From: a virus
Lineage: Duplodnaviria; Heunggongvirae; Uroviricota; Caudoviricetes
Virus record (IMG/VR): IMGVR_UViG_3300042286_000208
Span: 6,287-70,286 of that record
DNA length: 64,000 nt
Direction: 5' to 3' (one strand)
The notes below the pieces were generated by a model, which was not told where the DNA came from, ran no database searches, and was given only the letters and a program-made list of their open reading frames with translations. Both the position numbers and the translations under genes were made by a program. Of this stretch, positions 42,152 to 52,554 are shown piece after piece. How positions within the stretch are numbered: position 1 is the stretch's first letter; each line of letters starts with the position of its first letter.

Positions 42152-42829
42152 GTGATGAACATGGATGAGAAAAAAATGATAGAAAATGTTGAACAAGATA
42201 TATTTTCTGCAGATGAAAGACCAGAGGACGATCCAATGGATATTATTAGAAATGGAATATCTTTCGGTGAAACAGTGGAGTCTGTTCAAAGAGTTGAGAA
42301 CAAATCTATGGAAAAAGAAAACCCACCAAAACAGAATCCCACAGTTCCGACACATAAACCAATTAAGATCGGGGAAGATGTACAGAGAGATATTAACCAA
42401 GAAGATACATCGGTAGTTCAAAAAATGGCAGATAGTTTTAAAGAAGCTAACTCAAATCTAGTCAAAAAGAAAATTGAAAATATTCAGATAGGTCATCTCG
42501 TAACGGCGATATACGGGGATTTTAGCAATCAAAAAGTCATAAATGGTAAAGTTGTTAGTGTTATAGACAAAGGTATTACCATACTGTCTATTGATAAAGA
42601 GATGGTTGATCCTGTTGTTGTTCCGTTTGATACAATAATAGATATTTTTGAAGTAAAAAAATTCAAAAAGAAAAAGAATGATATTTCTATGTTTAAGATC
42701 AACAAAGCCATTAGAGAATTCTTTAGTGGAAACGAAGAAGAGCTCAAACATGCTTACGAACAAAAGATTTCTGTCAAGAAGTTAAGACAAGAACTCAAAA
42801 GAAAAGAGAATGAAAAAAATAAAGATTAG
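42152..42829 (+). CDS. Hypothetical protein
   Basis: 225-aa ORF under late motif. Confidence 0.75.
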   Translation: MMNMDEKKMIENVEQDIFSADERPEDDPMDIIRNGISFGETVESVQRVENKSMEKENPPKQNPTVPTHKPIKIGEDVQRDINQEDTSVVQKMADSFKEANSNLVKKKIENIQIGHLVTAIYGDFSNQKVINGKVVSVIDKGITILSIDKEMVDPVVVPFDTIIDIFEVKKFKKKKNDISMFKINKAIREFFSGNEEELKHAYEQKISVKKLRQELKRKENEKNKD

Positions 42830-42850
42830 AATAATTTCTAATCTTTTTAT

Positions 42851-42862
42851 TATATATTATAA
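42851..42862 (+). promoter_or_regulatory. Putative early promoter motif
   Basis: TATATATTATAA. Confidence 0.5.
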
Positions 42863-42901
42863 TACTGATGATATAAGAATATTTTAAAAGAGGAGAAAAA
42901 T

Positions 42902-43198
42902 ATGAAAAGATTATTTTTAGTATTATTACTTTTAGTTTTGGTTTTTTCAATATCAGGATGTGAAGACAATCCACATATGATACCAGAAGACGAAAGAAGA
43001 TTTGAGATCGTATATGATACGTTTGATTTAAGCAATTCCGGAAGCTATGCTTTATACACAACAATTTTTGTTGATAAAGAAACTGGTATTGCTTATATTT
43101 TTGTCAGAGGGGATTCTCCTTCTGGTAGCAGTGGTCTAACTGTTATGTTGGATGAAGATGGAAATCCATTAATTTGGGACACCCATAAAGGTAGATAA
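42902..43198 (+). CDS. Small lipoprotein
   Basis: MKR + hydrophobic core + ISGC lipobox; FVDKETGIAY...GLTVMLDEDGNP. Confidence 0.75.
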   Translation: MKRLFLVLLLLVLVFSISGCEDNPHMIPEDERRFEIVYDTFDLSNSGSYALYTTIFVDKETGIAYIFVRGDSPSGSSGLTVMLDEDGNPLIWDTHKGR

Positions 43199-43212
43199 AG
43201 GAGAAATTTATC

Positions 43213-43590
43213 ATGAGTAAAATATTTGGTGTATGGGAAGCAATTATGAAGACTACTATGTCTGATTCAATGATGAGAGCTTTTGAAGAAATGCAAATGC
43301 CTATTGATGAAAGAATATCAAAAAGAAAAAAAGAGCTTGAAGAAAACAAAACACTCTATGAGAGTCTAGATACATTTTTAAATACAGAAGACAAGAGCGT
43401 GTTTGATTTAGAAGGCATGGAAGAGATAGCAGATGATATTTTATCAGCTGATAATTTCGAGAATGTCAAAAAGCCTGATAATCTCATCGGGAAAATAGAA
43501 GTAATAAAAGATAGAGTCAACCATATAGTTCAACTGAATGAACTTCTTCTATCGATGGAAGAAAGAGAAAAAGAATTGAAGCAGTCTTAA
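43213..43590 (+). CDS. Hypothetical protein
   Basis: AAGGAG SD, 125 aa. Confidence 0.75.
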   Translation: MSKIFGVWEAIMKTTMSDSMMRAFEEMQMPIDERISKRKKELEENKTLYESLDTFLNTEDKSVFDLEGMEEIADDILSADNFENVKKPDNLIGKIEVIKDRVNHIVQLNELLLSMEEREKELKQS

Positions 43591-43630
43591 GATTGTTTCT
43601 TTTTCAAACAAAAATAAAAGGAGGGTAATA

Positions 43631-44389
43631 ATGCAATTCACAACATGGTCACAAACAACTTCTTCTGATACAAGATACAGAAATAATGATGAAGACTACA
43701 TTGACTTTCCAGATCTAGGCACTTACCAGTCCAGAGATCTGACAAGAATAAGAAATAAATTCCTAGAATATATAAATGAAGAAAGAGAAGACATAGATAC
43801 TTACAAAAGATATCTAATGATAAGCGTATCAGGAGATGAGATACATAAGATATCAAACGGTATACAAGAGTCTTTGTTAAGAAAAAATTTACCTAGTTGG
43901 GTAATGGATGATTTAAAGGAAGGTAAAAAGGTTGAAGCCCTAGCATATGTTCGCTGGGAAGGACCTACATATTTCAAATACGGATCAGATGGACAAACAG
44001 TATTGACCACAAGAAAAAATACGCGCATACCCAGATTTGACGGAGTAAATGATATAGTTGTTTTAAACAATAGTTTATGTGGTATATTAGAAATAACGAA
44101 TGTAATTGAGACAAGAGTGGATAGACAAGGTGTTTATGATAAAAACATAAATGAAATTTCAGAAAAATTGAACAAACCGGTTAATGAAATTGATAAATAT
44201 GGAAAAATAAAACCTATATATTTGATTAAGACAAAAGATCTAACCCTTTTTCCTGAGTGGTTTGATATGAGAATCTTTATGACTTCATTTACTGTGGAGA
44301 AAAAGGAAACCGGAAATGGAACTGAATACAAACCCGTGCCATCAAAGATATGTAGACAATGTAAAAATATGGTAACGGTTTGGATTTAA
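43631..44389 (+). CDS. Hypothetical protein
   Basis: AAGGAGG SD, 252 aa. Confidence 0.75.
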   Translation: MQFTTWSQTTSSDTRYRNNDEDYIDFPDLGTYQSRDLTRIRNKFLEYINEEREDIDTYKRYLMISVSGDEIHKISNGIQESLLRKNLPSWVMDDLKEGKKVEALAYVRWEGPTYFKYGSDGQTVLTTRKNTRIPRFDGVNDIVVLNNSLCGILEITNVIETRVDRQGVYDKNINEISEKLNKPVNEIDKYGKIKPIYLIKTKDLTLFPEWFDMRIFMTSFTVEKKETGNGTEYKPVPSKICRQCKNMVTVWI

Positions 44390-44415
44390 TAAATAAAAAT
44401 AAAGAGGTGTTAAGT

Positions 44416-44742
44416 ATGTTAAATGTTATTGATGTTAAAGATATACAAGAGTATAATGAGATAGTCTCTAAAGGGAAAGTGATTGTTATTGTCTATGCCA
44501 CTTGGTGTGGACCATGCAGATTTACTATGCCTATTTTAGAGGAAGTAAGTCAAGAAGAGGATGTAAAACATATAAGCTTTTACAAAATGGACTCTGATAA
44601 ACATAAAGACATAACAAAAGAATTAAGAAACAGAGGCATTCCTATGATGATTTTCTATGAAGATGGTATAGAATTGAGAAGAATTGTTGGAATGAGAACA
44701 AAAGAAGAAATTAAAAAATGGATAGAAGATCCATTGTATTAA
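44416..44742 (+). CDS. trxA: Thioredoxin (second copy, TGG-encoded)
   Basis: YATWCGPC, GIPMM. Confidence 0.9.
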   Translation: MLNVIDVKDIQEYNEIVSKGKVIVIVYATWCGPCRFTMPILEEVSQEEDVKHISFYKMDSDKHKDITKELRNRGIPMMIFYEDGIELRRIVGMRTKEEIKKWIEDPLY

Positions 44743-44789
44743 AATAGACGTGCTATAATGCATGTCTTTTTTTAAAATAGTCTATAATT

Positions 44790-44805
44790 TGAATAATTAA
44801 TTATA
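44790..44805 (+). promoter_or_regulatory. Putative late promoter motif
   Basis: Exact 16-mer 4 nt before GGAGGTGA. Confidence 0.75.
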
Positions 44806-44813
44806 AACCGGAG

Positions 44814-45098
44814 GTGATCACCATGTCTTTAATGAAGAAAAAGTATACCAATAGCAGTGGAACTATATCTAAAACTTTTAAAATAGGTAAAAATAGATTA
44901 ACTATAGACAATGAAGTCGATGGTTCACTAAGGTTTTCTCTGTATGACTCCCAAGGGGTTTTGACTGAATGGAAATTAAATAGCGATGATAAGTCCATAG
45001 AATTTCCAACAGGAGATAAGATTATAGCTTCACAATTACTAGAAAGACTCGATCTTATTGAGCAGAGATTGACAGCTATTGAAAATATTGAAGAATAA
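44814..45098 (+). CDS. Small late protein (possible tail-fibre/chaperone-type)
   Basis: C-terminal coiled coil LERLDLIEQRLTAIE. Confidence 0.65.
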   Translation: MITMSLMKKKYTNSSGTISKTFKIGKNRLTIDNEVDGSLRFSLYDSQGVLTEWKLNSDDKSIEFPTGDKIIASQLLERLDLIEQRLTAIENIEE

Positions 45099-45143
45099 AG
45101 TAGGTTTATCCTACTTTTTTAACCATCTAAACTTGATAATTAT

Positions 45144-45155
45144 TATATATTATAA
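45144..45155 (+). promoter_or_regulatory. Putative early promoter motif
   Basis: TATATATTATAA. Confidence 0.35.
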
Positions 45156-45205
45156 CTTAAAAGTGGGAATCAAAACAAATATTCGTTTTTTTGTTTGATG
45201 TCCAT

Positions 45206-45221
45206 TGAATAATTAATTATA
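45206..45221 (+). promoter_or_regulatory. Putative late promoter motif
   Basis: Exact 16-mer. Confidence 0.75.
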
Positions 45222-45261
45222 GAATGTTGATTCTTAAAAAGAAGGAAAGAGGTGACCTATT

Positions 45262-46575
45262 ATGATAATTAATGAGGGAAAACTATCAGAATTAAATGAA
45301 AAATATAAAGAATTAATAGAACAGAATCCAGAGTGGATAAAAGCAGCAGACAGAAGAAACAGACAACATATAATAGGCGTGCAGACTTTTGCCAAAAAAA
45401 TAGGTTATGCTTTTGAAGATCATGACGCTGATAAATTTGAATCACTATATGTTCCTTATGTTTTGATATCTATCGGTTATAATAGAGATTTTAATAAAGA
45501 TTTAACAATAGATGAAGAAATGGATAGCTTCATGAGATGGGCCACTTATAGTCATGTTACAAATAATTCACATCATCCTGAACATTGAGATTTGGAATCA
45601 GCAAGAATTAACAGTGCTATATCCTATAAAAACCGTGACGGAGCCAGAAATAGTATTATTGATGCTTCAAAAATGGATGAAAAATCAATTATAGAAATGT
45701 GCTGTGACTGGGCATCAGTGGGAGCTGAACGTGGAAATTCCCCGCAATCTTGGTTTGAGATAGGATTGAAGGATAAGTGGAAATTCACAGAAGAACAACA
45801 AGATCTTATCTGGAAAACTCTAGAAAAATTATGGCCAGGTGGTCGAAAAGAAACTGCAAAAGTAGAACATGAAGAAAGATACTTCAATGATAGAATATGG
45901 GAAATGTTAAATAAAGCATGGGATGAGTATAACAGCTCTAAAAAAAACAGTTTAGAAGAATCTTATAATTTTAGTGATTTTGAAAATGCTATAAATATAT
46001 TTTCTCAGGAAAAAGATAAGTTCTCTGATGTTATGGGGACCTTAAAGCAAAGAGGATATGAACCGGTGGTTACACTTCCAGGAGTAGGATCTCTTCAAGC
46101 TATATCTTTTCTCTTCTCTCCAGCAGTTACTAATTATGTTTTAAATCTTTTAGATTCAATTATAAACAAGAGTTACACGGTAACAGGCAGTGATAGCATA
46201 GTTAAATCAATGAATTTAGATAAAATTGAGCTAGGTGGTCAATACGGAACAAAATCTAAAATTTCAAGCAACTTTGCTAATGGAATCATGAGATCTCTAG
46301 AGAAAATAAATCAAAGTAAATTAAAAAATAAAGTTCTATTGGTCACTAAGTTTGTGAAAGATCTAAAAAGACATGCAAAAACAATAAGTGATAAAGTAGA
46401 AAAAGAAGAATATTTGGAAGATGTTAAAGCATTCATGAAGGTTATTGGTATTGTCAAAAACATAATCAACAATAGAAATCATTTTGCAAACGTTTTACAA
46501 AAAACACTTTTATTACAAGAAAGTGGAGAAGAAATAATAAGTGAATCGTTCCTAAATATATACGAGGGAATATAA
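45262..46575 (+). CDS. DUF5662/HD-like metal-binding protein with LxE motifs (437 aa, 1 TGA=Trp)
   Basis: HVTNNSHHPEH(TGA) and IIEMCCDW; two track ORFs join in frame. Confidence 0.65.
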
Positions 46576-46632
46576 TGAATATACTAGATAGGAACACCAT
46601 CTAGTTTATTATTTTAGAAAAGGAGAACACTG

Positions 46633-47589
46633 ATGGCTAAAACAATTAAAGAAATAAGAGATAGAGATCAATTCTTTACCAAAGAAGAAGTCAGTTTGAA
46701 CTGTATAGAAATAACCAATAGATATGTTAATTTAATAAAGCCTTCATTGGGATTCACTTTCTATGTGGAACCATCTGCGGGTAACGGAGATTTCTATAGA
46801 AACCTACCATCTGAGAGAACAATAGCCTTCGACATAGAGAAGCCAACACATGTTGATGATTTATATACAAGTTATGTAGAAACTGATTTTCTTGGCGTTG
46901 GACCTCTGATAGAAAACGGGATATACATAGGGAATCCGCCGTTTGGTAAACGAGGTAAAAAGGCTTTTGATTTTATTTTAAAATGTATTGATCTGGATGC
47001 AGCAATTATTGCTTTTATACTTCCTCCAAATATAAATACAAAGTTGAGATTAACCACCATAAGAGAAAAAGGATATGAAATTGTTCATATTGATGCTTTA
47101 AAACCAAATAGTTTTTATTTCTACAACGGAGAAGAAATATCCGATGTATCTGCAGAGTCAAATTTTCAAATATATATGAGAAAAGATCTAGTAGAAAAGA
47201 CTAACAACGATATAATAGTAGATGTAAATCTTAAAAATAATAATTTTGTTCAGGTATATACAATAAATGATAATGAAATTTTCAATACAGGCAGAGATAC
47301 AAAAGATAAAAAATTTGTTCAAAAAGGCATTGGTACGAAATGAATAGGGAAGTGCGACTTCTATATTCCCCTCAGAGTGTTTAACTCAGCCGGGAAGCCA
47401 ACATATAAAGATTCATTTATGGATAATTTTTTCTCTAACATAGGATTTGGGGTAATATGTCAGGATAAAGACATAAAAAATAAAATAAACATTGAAAACT
47501 GTTATACAGTTGGAATAAATAAAGTAAGAATAGCCAAAAAACAACTTATTTTAAAGGAAATAATGAGAGTTAAAGGGCTTGAAAGGTAG
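46633..47589 (+). CDS. DNA adenine methyltransferase (318 aa, 1 TGA=Trp)
   Basis: VEPSAGNG SAM motif I and IGNPPFG motif IV; read-through at 47341. Confidence 0.8.
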
Positions 47590-47598
47590 TGATTAAAA

Positions 47599-48795
47599 AT
47601 GAATAAATATAAGTGAAATAAATATGGGTTGCCAGCAATTGCGGCATTAGCAATACTGGCAGCTATATATATGATACAGCTAAACTTCGGTGACTATTTG
47701 GCACAAATATGAGATGCCTTTAAATCAGTAGCCATTCCGGCTGCTTTAGCGGTATTTATATCTTATCTAATACGACCTATGTATCGAAAAATGGTGGATA
47801 GGGGATTAAATAAATCTTTATCCGCACTATTATCAATGTTAGTGTTCATTCTGATATTTGGTGGCTTCATGACACTTGTTGTTGTGATGGTAACTATACA
47901 AATAAAAGAGCTAACACAGAGTGGATTATCAATAGTAAATGTAGATTTGAGCTGGGTATTTGGATTGATGCCAGAAGAAGTAGTTGTGGCAATAACAAAT
48001 ACATCAGGCCAACTGGATTTAATGAAGACATTTAATTATCTTGTCGAAACTGGAAAAATTAATCTATCAACAAATATATTTACAACCACAGTCAATAGTG
48101 TGGTGGGTATTATTTATTGGTTAATTGTTATTATTATGATGCCAGTATTTCTATTCTTCTTTTTAAAAGAAGGAGATACTATTGCAAAATCTATAATATC
48201 TTTCATACCAAAGAAATTTCACAGGGAAGACTTTGATGTAATGTTTCAGCTTGCGCATGTATCTACTGAAAAATATATGAGAGGAAAAATAATTTCAATA
48301 GGCTTTTTGGCCGGTTTCTTCTCAGTATCGTTTACTATTGCACTATTATTTTTTACACCAATAAGTATAATATCTGCGATTCTTTATGGATTACTATTTG
48401 GATCTATTATAGCTATACTCGATCTAGTGCCATATATTGGCCCGGGTATAGGTATAATCCTTCCATTATTATTTATTTTAATTTCATCAGCAAATTTCAC
48501 ACAGTTTCTAATATTTGGGCTAGTTTTCATCGCTATTGATATAATCGGTCAAAACTTGCAGAAAATGTTAATAGAGCCTATGGTCATGAGCAAGGAGATT
48601 GAAATACATCCATTAGCAATATTCTCTGGGCTGCTGTTTTTCGGAGCTCTATTTGGACTAGTCGGTTTAATAGTGGCTACACCTATTGTTGCGACACTTA
48701 GAAGTATATATAGATATCTAAATGGTAAATATAACGATGAGGCTATAGAGACAATAATAAATAAAGATTTAGATAAAGATGGAGAAATAGGTTAA
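47599..48795 (+). CDS. AI-2E family (PerM/TqsA-like) transporter (398 aa, 2 TGA=Trp)
   Basis: ISYLIRP, LVPYIGP, IHPLAI...GALFGLVGLIVATP; ATG 47599 in frame via TGAs. Confidence 0.85.
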
Positions 48796-48837
48796 AATAA
48801 CAATTTCTCAAAAATTTAAAGAAAAGGAGAATTAAAA

Positions 48838-49473
48838 ATGCCATATAATATTTTAAATAAAAAAGCATGGCTAGCTGAATTAGATAAACTTTCAGATACA
48901 TACATAGATTTTATAAATCAACTAACCAAAAGCAAAAATGAAACAGAGTTAGATATAAAATTATCTAAAAAGTATAAGTCTAATGACTTAGTGTTTACTG
49001 GGCAGGAGATACTTGATAATATTCAAAAGAAATTATCTGATGATATTAGTTATAAGTATGAGTTCAGAATTACAGATAATAAACCAACTGTTAAGAAAAT
49101 ATATAGAATTGCTTTCGATGATCAACAAAAACAAATAATCGGGAAAAGTAATCTCGAAAATGAAAATGCTATTGTTACCATAGAAGAGCTAAAATCAAAA
49201 CATATTGAAGCTATCATGAAAATAGCCGAATTATCTGAGATAATTGAAAAAAGAGAAGCCGACAATTTTGATATGTTTAAAGATATCATTGATGCACTAG
49301 GCGGACTTTACAATTACGCTTCTAAAAAGAAACTGATACTTATGCTTAGCAAAACATTAAAAGAAAATAATTTCTATGATAGTGAAAAAGGTACTCAATA
49401 CTCTTATGAAGGACTATCAAATAAAAATAAAGACAAGGTAATTATCGATTTATTTAAGAAAATCTATAAATAA
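48838..49473 (+). CDS. Hypothetical protein
   Basis: AAGGAG SD, 211 aa. Confidence 0.75.
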   Translation: MPYNILNKKAWLAELDKLSDTYIDFINQLTKSKNETELDIKLSKKYKSNDLVFTGQEILDNIQKKLSDDISYKYEFRITDNKPTVKKIYRIAFDDQQKQIIGKSNLENENAIVTIEELKSKHIEAIMKIAELSEIIEKREADNFDMFKDIIDALGGLYNYASKKKLILMLSKTLKENNFYDSEKGTQYSYEGLSNKNKDKVIIDLFKKIYK

Positions 49474-49493
49474 CAAATAACGGGAGGTTTTGA

Positions 49494-50930
49494 ATGAGAC
49501 TATACAAATACAATTCTTACTATGAGATAACAGATATACAGCAAAACTCCCCTTTATTTAACAAAATAGACTGGACGTTTAGTTGTTTTAACTTCAAGAC
49601 AAAGGAAAGATATGGTAGACTATATCTAAATATAGGTTCTACAGTCCGTATTCCAAGTAGTGTGTCTGAAGAATTTATGAAAGAAACATTTCAGTTATCT
49701 CCTATAAATAAAGAGATAGAAATGCCAGTGCAAGAAGATTTTTATACGATGAAAAACTTTCCTAGAGACGGCCTTCAAGAGAGAGCAATAGCATACCTAT
49801 GTGAAAGCGGAAATCATAAAGTTCTATCTTTAAACACAAATGCGGGCAAAACATATATATCTATAAACGCAATATCAAGATTAAAATCTAATGTTATTAT
49901 TCTAGTCGATACAATAGCTTTAGGAGAACAATGGCAGGAAGAATTTAAAAAACACACCAATATAAGTAATGTGCAATTAATAGACGCTACAGATATCGAG
50001 AACGATTTGGTCGAGGATGGAAATGCATTCATTATTACTGAGCAAAGTATAGGATCTCTCATGCTAAGAGACTATCATAAATTAGAAGAATTCATACGAG
50101 AAAAACAAATAGGAATTAAGATATTTGATGAAAGCCATACGCGCTTCCATGATTTAACAAGAATCAATAATATATTCAATACCGCTAGGACAATATACCT
50201 AACAGCGACATTCGATAGAACATATACGGAAGTCAAACAATGGAAAGAAATATTCAGTGGTGTAAAGAAAATGATTGAAAAAACTGAAGAACGCTATAGA
50301 GAGGTTCATTTAGTTAGATTTAAAACCGGATCAAGTGCATCTGAATATGAATTTAATCATGTTGTGGGTCTTAGAGGACCTTCATCAATTCTATGGGGAA
50401 AATATGTGATATCTAAAGAAGATAAACTTAGAAGACCTTTATTATCTCCGGTTATAGATAATATAATAGATTATTATAAAATTAAACCAAGAAATAACAA
50501 GACTATGTGTATTATAGTTCCCATGAATGAGATGATTGAGAGACTTAAAGATCACTTTGTAGAAAAAGGATATTCTGTCGGTGTATATACATCATCAGAG
50601 TCAAAGAAATACACAACCAAAGATATTTTTAATAATCAAATAGTTTTAACAAACAGCTCTATGTTTTCTAAGGGTATAGACATTCCAAATCTTAAATGGT
50701 TAGTTAATTTTACTTCTGTCAGCAGCTTGATATCACTTGAACAAGTTGTCGGTAGATTAAGAGGAAAAGAATCTGATAAAGAAAATGGTGTTTATATTGA
50801 TTGTGTTGATGTGTCTTTTGGAGATGCCTTTATCAAGCAACAAAAAACTAGAAAAAGATATTATAAGACAATAACAACAGATTTAGAATTATTAAAGGAA
50901 AAAAATGTAGTAAATCTATACGAAGAATAA
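49494..50930 (+). CDS. SF2 DNA helicase (UvsW-like)
   Basis: NTNAGKT, IFDESH, LTAT, SKGIDIP, QVVGRLR. Confidence 0.85.
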   Translation: MRLYKYNSYYEITDIQQNSPLFNKIDWTFSCFNFKTKERYGRLYLNIGSTVRIPSSVSEEFMKETFQLSPINKEIEMPVQEDFYTMKNFPRDGLQERAIAYLCESGNHKVLSLNTNAGKTYISINAISRLKSNVIILVDTIALGEQWQEEFKKHTNISNVQLIDATDIENDLVEDGNAFIITEQSIGSLMLRDYHKLEEFIREKQIGIKIFDESHTRFHDLTRINNIFNTARTIYLTATFDRTYTEVKQWKEIFSGVKKMIEKTEERYREVHLVRFKTGSSASEYEFNHVVGLRGPSSILWGKYVISKEDKLRRPLLSPVIDNIIDYYKIKPRNNKTMCIIVPMNEMIERLKDHFVEKGYSVGVYTSSESKKYTTKDIFNNQIVLTNSSMFSKGIDIPNLKWLVNFTSVSSLISLEQVVGRLRGKESDKENGVYIDCVDVSFGDAFIKQQKTRKRYYKTITTDLELLKEKNVVNLYEE

Positions 50931-50955
50931 TTAACAGAAAGGCGATGATTTATTA

Positions 50956-51240
50956 ATGCGTAATAATTTTAAACGCAAAAATAACGGTAATAAAAAAATA
51001 GAAGAAATTAAAGAGTTTGTAAGAAAAGAACAGTATACTATTCACGAACATTTCAAAAAAAGATTCGATGAAAGAGAGTTTACACACAGGGATGTCAGAA
51101 GAATTATATTTGATGGCAATCCGGTTTTTGATTTTCATAGTAGAGTGAGATTCGAATGGAAAAAACATTCTGTTGTTATAGAATTTAAAGACAAAGAGAA
51201 TGGAAAAGTTACCGACATAACCCTTGTAACTATATTTTAA
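50956..51240 (+). CDS. Hypothetical protein, DUF4258-like
   Basis: HEHFKKRFDERE...DVRRII..G pattern. Confidence 0.45.
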   Translation: MRNNFKRKNNGNKKIEEIKEFVRKEQYTIHEHFKKRFDEREFTHRDVRRIIFDGNPVFDFHSRVRFEWKKHSVVIEFKDKENGKVTDITLVTIF

Positions 51241-51253
51241 AAAGAGGTGTAAA

Positions 51254-51628
51254 ATGTATGAAAAATTCGCACTAGTAAGTGCATATAAATCTGATACAAC
51301 TAGAAATAGAAGAATTGAAGTATCTGATGATGACCATATGGTTGTCGTTGTGGCCATTAAAGTCGAATATAAATTAATCGAAGATAATTTTGATCACGTA
51401 CACTACAGCAGCGATAATGACAAAGTGGTTCTGAAAACTCTTTATAGAGATAAGGATAAAAAAATTTACTATAAAGGTGCTGGAAAGTATAGCAATTATA
51501 AAACAAAAGAAGCTAATAGTGATAAAACCTATTTGAATGAAGAACAAATGAAAGAATTAAGAGATTATTTGTCTCGATATTATCAACAAAAGTATCAAAA
51601 AATTATAGACAGAGATGCCATTATCTAA
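51254..51628 (+). CDS. Hypothetical protein
   Basis: GAGGTG SD, 124 aa. Confidence 0.75.
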   Translation: MYEKFALVSAYKSDTTRNRRIEVSDDDHMVVVVAIKVEYKLIEDNFDHVHYSSDNDKVVLKTLYRDKDKKIYYKGAGKYSNYKTKEANSDKTYLNEEQMKELRDYLSRYYQQKYQKIIDRDAII

Positions 51629-51641
51629 AGTTTAAAACAAT

Positions 51642-51653
51642 TATATATTATAA
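51642..51653 (+). promoter_or_regulatory. Putative early promoter motif
   Basis: TATATATTATAA. Confidence 0.45.
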
Positions 51654-51686
51654 TATTGTATAGGCTAAAGAAACGAGGAAAAAAGT

Positions 51687-51926
51687 ATGGCTCATATGAA
51701 AAGACTTCAAGGAAGAGAATGGCAAAATGTCAAAGAAAATGTTAGAACAATAGGTTATTTTGAAAACAAAAATAACGGACGCATAAAAATATTTACAAAA
51801 GTAAATGTTAAAGGTGGGATGATCATCTATCATTGACTAAACGATGCAGAAAAAGTTGAATTTGAGAAGATTAAACACGAATATCCTGTTATGGATGATA
51901 GAGCACGTATCGTAAAAGAAACTTAG
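51687..51926 (+). CDS. Hypothetical protein (79 aa, 1 TGA=Trp)
   Basis: GAGGA SD; open to TAG 51926 with one TGA. Confidence 0.6.
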
Positions 51927-51939
51927 GAGGATACTAGAA

Positions 51940-52389
51940 ATGAGAACAAGAGTATTAAATAGACTATTGATCATTGGTGGAATAGTTTTAATGATTTTAT
52001 TATCATTAATGTTGGGAATGTATGTTGATGTTGATGAATGGTATATCAAAGTTTTATTATACTTATCAATACCGATATTATTTGTGATTTGGTTCATCGG
52101 ACTTCAAATCATTGATATTGTTGTTTTGGGAATCATAAACCTTAAAGGTTTAGTTGATAAACAAGATGAGGAAAATAATTCATATATTAAACATTTATCA
52201 AATACAGATGATGATTTAGAATTTGTGTCTAAGCATAATGCTGCTAAATACACTCTTTTGGAAGAAAAAAGATTGAAAAATATTGAGGAACTTGAGCAAA
52301 ATATTACTTTGACTCAAAGCACAATCGATAAATTCACAAAACAATTATTTGAATTAGAGAGTCTAAAAAAACAATACGAAGAAAAATAA
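51940..52389 (+). CDS. Membrane protein (2 TM plus coiled coil)
   Basis: AGGAGG SD; hydrophobic N-half. Confidence 0.75.
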   Translation: MRTRVLNRLLIIGGIVLMILLSLMLGMYVDVDEWYIKVLLYLSIPILFVIWFIGLQIIDIVVLGIINLKGLVDKQDEENNSYIKHLSNTDDDLEFVSKHNAAKYTLLEEKRLKNIEELEQNITLTQSTIDKFTKQLFELESLKKQYEEK

Positions 52390-52404
52390 TCTCCTATTTT
52401 TGCA

Positions 52405-52510
52405 GTAATAAGAGATAGCAATTGAGCTATCTCTTATACTAGGAGGATCATGGAAAGGAGTAACCATGACAGCAAATGTTGATATAGTAGGAAAGGAGTA
52501 AACCTACTAT
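52405..52510 (-). ncRNA. Candidate small RNA with anti-SD loops
   Basis: Hairpins ATAGTAGG-TTTACTCCTTT-CCTACTAT and TCATGG-TTACTCCTTT-CCATGA, linker TCCTCCT, 12-bp terminal hairpin; late motif at 5' end and no minus-strand gene. Confidence 0.6.
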
Positions 52511-52523
52511 AATTAATTATTCA
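52508..52523 (-). promoter_or_regulatory. Putative late promoter motif, antisense to local genes
   Basis: Exact 16-mer on minus strand. Confidence 0.75.
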
Positions 52524-52554
52524 AAATTTATTTTATAAAAGGAGATGTTATTCA

